Part shown: positions 1 to 8,300 of the stretch, in pieces
How the letters are laid out: every line of letters begins with the position of its first letter
Numbering within the stretch: the first letter of the stretch is position 1
Origin: a virus
Lineage: Duplodnaviria > Caudoviricetes
Length of the DNA: 62,291 bases
Strand: one strand, 5' to 3'
IMG/VR virus record: IMGVR_UViG_3300036823_000041
Coordinates: 1-62,291 of that record
The notes under the pieces: generated by a model
The model's database searches: none
What the model was told of the DNA's origin: nothing
The model's input: only the letters and a program-made list of their open reading frames with translations
Program-made: the position numbers and the translations under genes

Positions 1-2
1 TG

Positions 3-632
3 CCGATCGACGGCTCGGCAACCAATAACCTCACCTTCACGGTGAGCTATCTCTTCGGCTGGTCCGACCCGGTGGTCTTTGTCCCGCGCAAGGGCGAACT
101 GGTTCCGAACGTCGAGGGCCGCAAGTGGTCTTTCGACGACCTGGCGCATGCCGACCTGCTCTACCTGCCGCAGCGGTACCCGGACAGCGAAGTCGAATCG
201 GACGCGGACCTGAATTGCAATCTCGTCGCATTCGGATACGACGGCGCCATCTACACGCTCACCGAGGGCCAGTACTTCGACAACGACCATACCGGCGCGC
301 AGATTGGCTATTTCTGGAACTGGGAGGAGGTGCTCGGCCCGTCGCAGTCCTTGAACCTGCTGCAACTCGGCGGCGCGACCGTCGGCTGCACCGGAGCGGG
401 AAGCATCAATGTCTACGCGCGCGGCGACCAGGGCGAGAAGATCCCGCTCTCGAATGCGATCGCTCAACTCCAGCTCGTCGCCGGCAAAGAGACGAACGCG
501 GATTTCTGGGCTCAGGATTATTCGACTCGCTTCGCGCTCGGCTACGACAATGGCGGCGTCGCCGGAGTCTGGTGCGAGCTCCACATGGCGATACTCTATC
601 AACGGGTCTGGGAACAACTGCGCAGCGGATAA
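3..632 (+). CDS. 5'-truncated tail/head-closure protein (tail tubular B / P22 gp10-like C-terminal part)
   Basis: Frame is open from base 3 (PIDGSATNNLTF...), so the gene starts upstream of the window. Beta-rich sequence sits directly before tail and ejection genes. The call rests mainly on synteny. Confidence 0.5.
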   Translation, partial: PIDGSATNNLTFTVSYLFGWSDPVVFVPRKGELVPNVEGRKWSFDDLAHADLLYLPQRYPDSEVESDADLNCNLVAFGYDGAIYTLTEGQYFDNDHTGAQIGYFWNWEEVLGPSQSLNLLQLGGATVGCTGAGSINVYARGDQGEKIPLSNAIAQLQLVAGKETNADFWAQDYSTRFALGYDNGGVAGVWCELHMAILYQRVWEQLRSG

Positions 633-638
633 GAATGC

Positions 639-2102
639 ATGGCTAAAAATAACGTCATCGTCACGTCGAAGATCGAGGCCGCCTCCGCGGGCAACATGCA
701 GCTCAAGGAGACGCTCTACCAGATTGCGAAGAATCTGCAGCTCTCGGCGACGGTTCAGAACACGAGCAACAAGAACACGCCCGGCGAAGCGGTCGCGACC
801 GTCTCGGCCCTGGGCTCGAGCTACATCGTGCAGCTCGTCCTGCCGGGCACGCTCTCGCCGACCTCTGTGCTCCAGGGCGTGCAGGCCGCGGCCGCGCAGA
901 CGCAGCAGTCGAATACGACCGGCATTACCGCGGTCTATCATCAGATCCAGGCTGCGACGACGCCACGCTTCGATGCTGGCTCAGACCTTCATCAGTACGG
1001 CGGCAATACCGGCTCGGTGCAGCTCTACTGGAACATCACCGATCTGCCGACCGGGCAGTATTACTTTCGCAGCCGCTCGAGCTTCGACGGACAGAACTGG
1101 AATCTGTGGAAGCTCGCGAATGGCGGCAAGCCAGTCGGCGGCCGCGGCGAGTCGGTCACCCAGGAGACGGTCGTCAACGGCGTCTCGGCGGTCTTCACCC
1201 TGCCGGGGAAAGAGCTCGTCGCCTTTGTCGCAGGACTGGCGAATAACGGCGACTCGTTCACCCTGCCCGAGAACCTCTACAGCTCGGCGATGATGGCGAT
1301 CGCCGGACCCAACGGCTACAAGGACACTGGCCACCCGTCGCACGGCGTGCAGGAGTGCGACATCCTCATTCAAGACCTGGGCGAGTCGACAACCGGGCCG
1401 GCCGATTTTCCGATAAGTGTTGGGATGCTTTACCAGGATGGCAGCGGGAACTCCTGGGCGGGCTCGGCGAATTTCTTCGCGTTCGCGTTCGATCCGCTCG
1501 GCACCAACGTCTCGCTCGTCGTCGCCGGGCTCACCAACTGGGCAGTCTTCACGCTCCCCGGCGGCGGCAAGATGGCAGTCGGCGCCGGCAACGCAGCCGA
1601 CGGGACGACGATTACCCTGCCGCCGAACTTCGCCTGGGCCGATGCGCAATTCGTAGCTTCCCCGCAGAACGGATACTCGGCGCCCAACGAAGCGCATGGC
1701 GTATTCGCGTGCAGCATCTCCGGCACGGGCGTCGTCTCGATGAGCTTCAAGGACGGAGTCGGCAACGTCTGGACCGGCACCGCGCAATACCTCGTCATCG
1801 CCTTTTCGCCGGGCCTGCTCGACGCGAGCGGCTTTCACGAGATCAATACGCCGGGCGGCTCCCAGGTCGCCATCGGCTCAGGCACCGCGGCGAGCGGTAC
1901 CGTCATAGGATTGCCCGCCGGTTACGATTGGTCGAAGGCGCTGGTATTCGTGACGCCTAGCAGCTTCGTCGATACGGGCCATCCGTTCCACGGCATCGCC
2001 AACTGCTCGGCCAACCGCGGCATAGTACAGGCCGTCTACCAGGACGGCGAAGGCAATACTTGGTACGCGGGCGTCAACTGGATGGTCTTCGCGTGGCAAT
2101 AG
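639..2102 (+). CDS. tail/fibre-like structural protein with three tandem C-terminal beta repeats
   Basis: 487 aa, Gly/Ser/Thr-rich. The motif H..HG...C...(Y/F)(Q/K)DG.GN.W occurs three times. Confidence 0.6.
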   Translation: MAKNNVIVTSKIEAASAGNMQLKETLYQIAKNLQLSATVQNTSNKNTPGEAVATVSALGSSYIVQLVLPGTLSPTSVLQGVQAAAAQTQQSNTTGITAVYHQIQAATTPRFDAGSDLHQYGGNTGSVQLYWNITDLPTGQYYFRSRSSFDGQNWNLWKLANGGKPVGGRGESVTQETVVNGVSAVFTLPGKELVAFVAGLANNGDSFTLPENLYSSAMMAIAGPNGYKDTGHPSHGVQECDILIQDLGESTTGPADFPISVGMLYQDGSGNSWAGSANFFAFAFDPLGTNVSLVVAGLTNWAVFTLPGGGKMAVGAGNAADGTTITLPPNFAWADAQFVASPQNGYSAPNEAHGVFACSISGTGVVSMSFKDGVGNVWTGTAQYLVIAFSPGLLDASGFHEINTPGGSQVAIGSGTAASGTVIGLPAGYDWSKALVFVTPSSFVDTGHPFHGIANCSANRGIVQAVYQDGEGNTWYAGVNWMVFAWQ

Positions 2103-2527
2103 ACCCGCTGCACTGGAGACGGCGATCGCACGGTATAACCTGGCGCATTGCGGTGCCGGCCGACGACGACAAGCTGCGCGAGATCCATGCGCAGAAAGGC
2201 CGCCGGCTCAACGACTCCGAACTGCCTAACCTGTTCGCGGCGCCGGTGCGCCTGACGCTGGTCGGCGAGGATGAGCACGGGGAGATCGTCTACGGCGCAT
2301 ATGTCGAGAACGTCGCGCATATTCGAGCTATCGGCGTGCATAGAAATGGCCTGCGATCGCTGCTCGGGCTCAGGTCGGTTTTCGTTGCGTTCCTGCGCTC
2401 CGCGGGGTACCGGCTCTGCAAGATCAATTTCAAGCGCCAGATGACCGCCGCGGTCCGCGGTCCGCTGATCGAAGCCGGTTTTCGCCCGGAGGATAAACAG
2501 GGGCCGAATTTCACCTTCAGGCTTTAG
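2060..2527 (+). CDS. GNAT-fold-like virion-module protein (start uncertain, possibly near 2135-2153)
   Basis: ITWRIAVPADDDKLREIH...LIEAGF pattern. Its position between tail and internal-protein genes is typical of podoviral GNAT-like genes. Confidence 0.45.
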   Translation: MVRGRQLDGLRVAIDPLHWRRRSHGITWRIAVPADDDKLREIHAQKGRRLNDSELPNLFAAPVRLTLVGEDEHGEIVYGAYVENVAHIRAIGVHRNGLRSLLGLRSVFVAFLRSAGYRLCKINFKRQMTAAVRGPLIEAGFRPEDKQGPNFTFRL

Positions 2528-2546
2528 GTAGCCCCGCCGGTCCGGT

Positions 2547-2559
2547 TTTTGGTATGAGT
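2547..2559 (+). promoter_or_regulatory. putative late promoter motif TTTTGGTATGAGT (copy 1)
   Basis: Intergenic 13-mer, identical at 45024, 54996 and 55580, with one mismatch at 60805. Confidence 0.7.
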
Positions 2560-2577
2560 TCCCGCGCGAGGGAATCT

Positions 2578-3144
2578 ATGGGCGGCGACGCTGGAACCGA
2601 CGCAGCAAAGAGCGAAAATTCAGACGCGACGGACTGGGAAAATACAGGAGTCGGCAGCTATAACGCGGACCTCGGCAGCTATATGTCGAACGTCAACTCG
2701 GCGCTCGCCGCGGGCAATCCCTATCAGACCACGGCCTATAAGACCGCGCAGAACCTCGAAACGTCGGGCGCGGCCAATTCCGAAGACACTGCCGCGAAGA
2801 CCGCGACCAGGGGCGCCGCCTTGCGCACCGGGCTCAACTCGGCAGCCGTCAACGCGCAGGACTCCGAGAACCGCCTGGCGCAGACGCGCAACATCGACAG
2901 CTTCAACGCGACGCGCGATACCGCCAACGACCAGGCATGGGAGCAGGAACGGCAGGGGCTCATGGGCCAGCAACTCGCCGGAGCCAACTCGCAGGCGGCG
3001 GCAGACGCGGCCTACGGCCAGCAACGCAGTTCCGCTACCAGCGGCCTACTGACGCAGCAGGAAGAAGAAGATCAGATGTGGGCAGGCCTCGGCGAGACGG
3101 CAATGAAGGGCGCCGGAGCCGGATTGACCGCAGCTTTCGCATAG
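2578..3144 (+). CDS. internal virion / ejection protein (small, Ala/Gln/Asn-rich)
   Basis: GAGGG SD before ATG 2578 (MGGDAG...). Helical low-complexity body and Gly/Ala-rich hydrophobic C-terminus. First gene of the ejection cluster. Confidence 0.6.
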   Translation: MGGDAGTDAAKSENSDATDWENTGVGSYNADLGSYMSNVNSALAAGNPYQTTAYKTAQNLETSGAANSEDTAAKTATRGAALRTGLNSAAVNAQDSENRLAQTRNIDSFNATRDTANDQAWEQERQGLMGQQLAGANSQAAADAAYGQQRSSATSGLLTQQEEEDQMWAGLGETAMKGAGAGLTAAFA

Positions 3145-3154
3145 GGAGGACACG

Positions 3155-4564
3155 ATGGCCGCAGCAGATGTCGTGCCTTTTGTCGACGACGACGAAGACG
3201 AGGAAGCGCAGGCGCTCTACAAGGGACCGTCCAAGAGCGAGGACGACGACGCCGATACCGGCAAGTCGCAAGGGACCAAGGGCGCCTATGGCCCGTCTGG
3301 CTCCGGCAAGAGCGGCGGCAGTTCGCAGATGCCGTCGACCGTCGACGCGCCCGCGTCGGATGACCCGGACGAACAGGATCTCGTCGCCCCGAAGTACACT
3401 GCGCCGGATCGCTCCGCGCTGCAGGCTGCGCAGGCCAAACAGTCGACCGACGCAACGGCGATCGACCGCAACGCTCCAGGCGTCAAGCCGACGTGGAAAG
3501 ACCGCTTGCTCGGTGGGCTCGCCGGATTCATGTCGCAGGACGCGGCCGGCGGCGCGAGCGTCACGAATCGGAAGTACAACCAGGCCGTCGCGCAGCAGAA
3601 GGCGAACCTCAGCGCCGATCAGACCGTCGTCAATACGGAGCAGTCGAAGCTCGAGGCCGAGGGCCAGGATTTCGAGCATCAGCTTCAGGCAAACCGCGGC
3701 CAGGTAGCGACGGCAAATGCCAACTCGCTCACTGGCGAGCGCGCCGCCAAGGCTGCGAAGTACGACGCCGCGATCGACCCGAAGTCGATCCATCAGAACG
3801 ACGACGGCGAATGGGAGGGCACGACCTACGGCGGCAAGACGGTCCCGGCATCGCCGCCGGCCGGATTCAATAAGCCGCTTCCGCAGCCGAAGACCTACGA
3901 GGAGCTCGTCTCTGCGTCCGAGAATCCGCAGTACTCGGACGACCAGCGCGCCGGCTTCAGGCGCGCCGCGAAGACCATCCAGGGAACTGAGGTCAAAAAG
4001 TTCCAATCGACCGCGCCGCGGCAATCCGACGAGGAGCTATGGATCGCTGCTTTCAAGCGCGACAACGGACGCGCCCCGAATGCCGACGAACTCGAGCAGC
4101 ACAGCACCCGCAAGAGCTCGGCCGCGAGCGGCCGCACCGCGCGCTCGATCGACGACAAGGCCGCGACCGCCTACCAGGCCATCGAGAAGCAGATTTCCGA
4201 CGGCGATCTCGACCCGAACGTGCCCGAGGATGCGGCCAAGATCAAGAAGGCGAAGCAGAACGTCGAGGACCAGCGCCATCAGGACATGACCGACATCGGC
4301 GTGCAGCACACCCGTTTCGTCTACGACGATGCCAACAAGGGCCACAACGAAGGACCCTCACGGCAGGGACCAGGCAGCCAGCAACGGCAGGCCGCGACGC
4401 CCCCGCAGCAGGGCGGACCAGGCAAAGCTCCCAGGCCTGGCGCGCCGATCGACCGCGCCGGCATTCAGCACTATCTGCAGATGGCGGGCGGCGACAAGGC
4501 GAAGGCCCGCGATCTCATCAAGGCCGACAATTGGACGATTCCGGTATCTGGGAAGAAGGGGTAA
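3155..4564 (+). CDS. ejection (DNA transfer) protein
   Basis: 469 aa, GGAGG SD, acidic N-terminus, LLGGLAGF hydrophobic patch and coiled segments. C-terminal motif IDRAGIQHYLQMAGGDKAKARDLIKADNW. Confidence 0.6.
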   Translation: MAAADVVPFVDDDEDEEAQALYKGPSKSEDDDADTGKSQGTKGAYGPSGSGKSGGSSQMPSTVDAPASDDPDEQDLVAPKYTAPDRSALQAAQAKQSTDATAIDRNAPGVKPTWKDRLLGGLAGFMSQDAAGGASVTNRKYNQAVAQQKANLSADQTVVNTEQSKLEAEGQDFEHQLQANRGQVATANANSLTGERAAKAAKYDAAIDPKSIHQNDDGEWEGTTYGGKTVPASPPAGFNKPLPQPKTYEELVSASENPQYSDDQRAGFRRAAKTIQGTEVKKFQSTAPRQSDEELWIAAFKRDNGRAPNADELEQHSTRKSSAASGRTARSIDDKAATAYQAIEKQISDGDLDPNVPEDAAKIKKAKQNVEDQRHQDMTDIGVQHTRFVYDDANKGHNEGPSRQGPGSQQRQAATPPQQGGPGKAPRPGAPIDRAGIQHYLQMAGGDKAKARDLIKADNWTIPVSGKKG

Positions 4565-4567
4565 GCC

Positions 4568-5302
4568 GTGCCGGATCTTCTCGACGACGTGCATGCCGAG
4601 CAGGCCGCCGGCGACAAAGGCGCAGCCGGCGCTCCGCAGCCCTTGCAGGATGCGACCCGCGACCTCGGCGTCCAGTACCGGCCTGCGTCGACTGACCCGA
4701 ACATCCAGCGCGATGCCGTTGCCGGCAGCGAGAACTCGATCGCCGGCGTCGAAGAAAACGAGCCGCGCCAGGTCGAAGTCAACGACGAGGAGAAGTTCGA
4801 GAACAATGCCGACCAGGTGGTGCCGCATGAGCTCTACCACGTATGGGCGAACAATCTGCCGCCATCGGTCAGGGCGAAGATCCCCGCGAGCACCCAGGCC
4901 GATTATGCCGAGCCGACCGTCGATAGCGTGAACGCGCTCCATCGCCAGGGCAAGACGCTGCTCGACCTGCCCGGAGAGCAAGGCGCGCAGCTCATGGCGT
5001 GGTCCGCGATGCACCCCGACGACCGCAAGGTGCAGGCGGCGATGAAGCCTTATCTCGACGACATGCGCAACACATCGCTCTCGGTGATCCAGGCGACCGG
5101 CCCGCACGATAAGCAGATCAACACCACGCCGCGGGCTCCTGCGGGTCCGCGCGACGACATCCCTGGGATGGAAGGATTCCACATCACGCCCGGCCAAAAT
5201 AAACTCATCCGGCGGCCCGTTGCCGAGCAGTACGTCGACAAGGCCAAAGGCAACCCCGCTGTCGCCCGCATCATGGCGGCGCACGACGGTCACAGGTTCT
5301 AA
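4568..5302 (+). CDS. putative virion cargo protein with zincin HExxH motif
   Basis: 244 aa with VVPHELYHVW and a downstream E (PGEQGA). N-terminus MPDLLDDV is shared with the giant protein, and the C-terminal motif is shared with the upstream protein. Confidence 0.6.
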   Translation: MPDLLDDVHAEQAAGDKGAAGAPQPLQDATRDLGVQYRPASTDPNIQRDAVAGSENSIAGVEENEPRQVEVNDEEKFENNADQVVPHELYHVWANNLPPSVRAKIPASTQADYAEPTVDSVNALHRQGKTLLDLPGEQGAQLMAWSAMHPDDRKVQAAMKPYLDDMRNTSLSVIQATGPHDKQINTTPRAPAGPRDDIPGMEGFHITPGQNKLIRRPVAEQYVDKAKGNPAVARIMAAHDGHRF

Positions 5303-8300
5303 ATGCCCGATCTTCTCGACGACGTAGCCAGCGACCACGCGCAGCCAGATCTGCTCGACGATGTCGCATCGCAGCAACAGCCCGACCAGGGAGACGCCGC
5401 GGCCGCGCAGCAGATGCGCGAGGGACCGCCGCCGACGGCGAAGGGTCCGAGTATCCCCGACCCAGGCATGCGCGAGGAGTCGGTCGGGCGCGCCGTCTTC
5501 GGACCGGCGCAGGGTGCGGTCGATGCGGTAAAGCAGGTTCCCGGCGTAGGACTGCTCGGCGGCAAGAAGCTCAACGACCCGCTCACCGGCACGATCGACA
5601 CCGAGAAGCGCGGCGCCGCGACGTTCAAAGAGGGCCTCGATCTGCTCGGCCCGGACAACTTCGCCGACAACTCGGCCGAGGGGTTCAAGCGGACCGCGCG
5701 CGGCTTTACCAAGCTGGCCGATGGCGCCATGACCATGAGCTCGCCGGCGCTGGCCGCCGAGATGGGCGGAAACCCGGCGTCGATCATCCCGATCGCGAAG
5801 GGCATCATTACCGGCTCGATCACTGGCGCGGCCGCGCAGAAGATCACCAAGGCCGCCGGATTCTCGCAGGATTACCAGGATCTCGCGAAGACCGTCGGCT
5901 TCTTCATCCCGACCGCCGCCGGCGCCATGTTTGGTGCGACTGAGTCGCCCGTGAAATTCGGTGAGGGCACCGGCACGGTAACGGACTACGCCGCGCCGAA
6001 AGGGGCAACCGGACCCGGAAGCGGGCGCGTTTCAACGTTCACCGGCTCGAACCCGCAGGAGTTCACCGCCGGCGCCAGGGTGGGCGGCCGGACCTTCGGC
6101 ATCCGCATACCTCGCGGAAGGGCGGCCGCACCGGGAGCGGCAGGCCCGGACGTGCTGCCACCCCCGCCGAGCCCCGGCATGGCCCAGGCGGCGTCGGACG
6201 CCAAGGCGGCGGCGGCGGCGCTCAATGCCGACCAAGCTGCCACCCAGGCGGCGCAGCGCACGCAGGCAGGCATTCCCCCGCCCGAGCCTCCAAAGCCGGC
6301 AGGGATGGACCAGGGCGAGCTGCGGCCGGGCACCGTAAGCGATGCCGCCAAGCTCATCCAGATGGCGCCCGAGAACATGCGCGGGCCGATGATGCTCGAG
6401 GCGCACGGCAACCTCACCAAGTGGCTCGCGACCAACGGCAAAGTCATCATGCCGGACGGCAAGATCCAGATCATCGACTCGCCGGACAAGGCCGCCAAGG
6501 TCGCCCAGGATCTGCTCAATTCCGAGGTCGATCGCCATCAGCAGGCATTCGAGCAGCAGAAGGCCGATCGCCAGAAGGCCGCCGAGGATGCCGCCAAGCA
6601 ACAGCAGGAAGGCGAAGAGGCCACCATCGAGCAGGCCGGGCAGCCGGGCGGCGAGGAGGAGGAGGAGAATCCGGTCGTCGCCAGGGCGCGGACGATTCTG
6701 GCCGCCAACGCAAATGCCCCGCAATCGCGCCAGCTTGCCCTCCTGCAGCGCCAGCTCCGCGTCGGCCCTGGGATGGCTAACCAGCTTCTACGCCAGGCGC
6801 AGGCCGGCAAAGCCGCCGCAATGGCAGGCGGTATGGTGGGAAGTTCGACCGAGCCGGTGACGCCCGAGCCGAATGAGCAGGTCGACGCGCAGATCCAGTC
6901 GCTCGCCAAAGGGACGGTCCCGGTCGTGTTTCTGCCGGAAGGCTCGAAATACAAGCCGGCGATCCCGCCGGGTATGAAGGCGATCAAGGTATCGGGCGCG
7001 GATACTCCGGGCGCCGGCACCTACGTCTACAACCCGACGAAGATCCAGGCCGCGGCGATCAAAGAGGCGGCCAAGAACGGCACGCACGGCGACCTGCTCG
7101 GCCACATCAACGACAAGGGCGCGATCACCGGCATGAAGGTGCCGGCAATTCTGCAGGCAAAGACTGCGGACGGCACGCCGATCCAGGAGTCGGTCGTCGA
7201 CGGCGCGAATCCGCAGGAGGTCCGCGACCAGGCCGCGGCGCTGCGCGAACGGCACCCCGACGCCCACATCCAGATCCGCCATCCCGAGGCCGCGCTCAAC
7301 GAACGGGACCATCTCATCGCCAGGAGCGAAACCGGCGGCGGCGACATCTTCGACCACATCGCGCAGGAGCGCGGGAAAGGAGAAAGCAATGCCGTACAAA
7401 AGCAAGGCACAGCAAGGGTACTTTCACAGCCCGGCAGGGAAGAAGGCAGTCGGAGCCAAGGTAGTGAAGGAGTTCGACCAGGCGAGCAAGGGGCAGAAAA
7501 ACCTGCCACAGCGCGCGCCGGCGAAGCGGAAGTAAATCCAGTCGAGGGAGGTCCACGGAAGCCAGAGCCAGCGGAGCGCCGGCAGGATACAGAACGGCGC
7601 CGGCGCGTCGCTGAAATGTCGCCCGAGGAGATGCGGCAGGAGCTCCAGACATCCGAGAAAACCGGCCTGCCCAACCGCCGGGCATTCGAGGAAGCCGCGG
7701 ACAAAGGCGCGGTCGGCATGTCGGACGCCGACGGGCTCAAGGCGTTCAATGATCGCTTCGGATACGAGAGCGGCGACAAGCTGCTCCGCGCCAAGGCCGA
7801 CGCGCTGCGCGAGGCTGGCGTCGAGGCGTATCACGACAAGGGCGACGAGTTCCTCTACCGCGGCGAAACCCCCGAGAAGCTGCGCGCCGGACTGGACAAA
7901 GCGCGGGACATTCTGCGGGACAAAATCATCGAGGTAAGGGGAGCGGATGGCACAACCAAACAGTTCAAGGGCGCAGACTTCAGCCACGGCACCGGCAAGG
8001 ACATCGCCGAAGCCGAACGCGGGCTCAAGCAGCACAAAGCCGAGCGAGAAGACCGCGGGGAACGGCGGCGTGGGGAGCTTCGAGGATTTAATGAGGCTGG
8101 ACCCGAAACAGGTCAAGAGCGTGAAGGTGCTGCCATCAAGAAAGGCGACGCCGGAGTCCGATTCAAAGACGACAAGGGAGTCGAACGAGCGGGCACGGTA
8201 GCGCACACCAACGAGCGCGTGACCCGGCTCCGGGCCAACGACGGCAAGGAATACACCGTCAAAACGGCCGGGCTCAAGCCTGCGGCGGACATTACGCCGG

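Noticed and set aside
2554-2577. ATG inside TTTTGGTATGAGT as the true start codon (as the ORF track uses at 2554, 55003 and 55587)
   Set aside because: The copy at 45031 is out of frame with its gene and 2578 has its own SD, so a DNA-level motif is more parsimonious. The other four copies are in frame, so this is not fully excluded.
4329-4931. 200-aa alternative-frame ORF spanning the 469-aa/244-aa gene junction
   Set aside because: No SD, R/S/P-rich shadow composition, and both underlying genes are better supported.
6588-6860. Nested +1 ORF of 90 aa
   Set aside because: It has typical shadow-frame S/R/P composition, and the host frame here encodes the FtsK-gamma-like domain.
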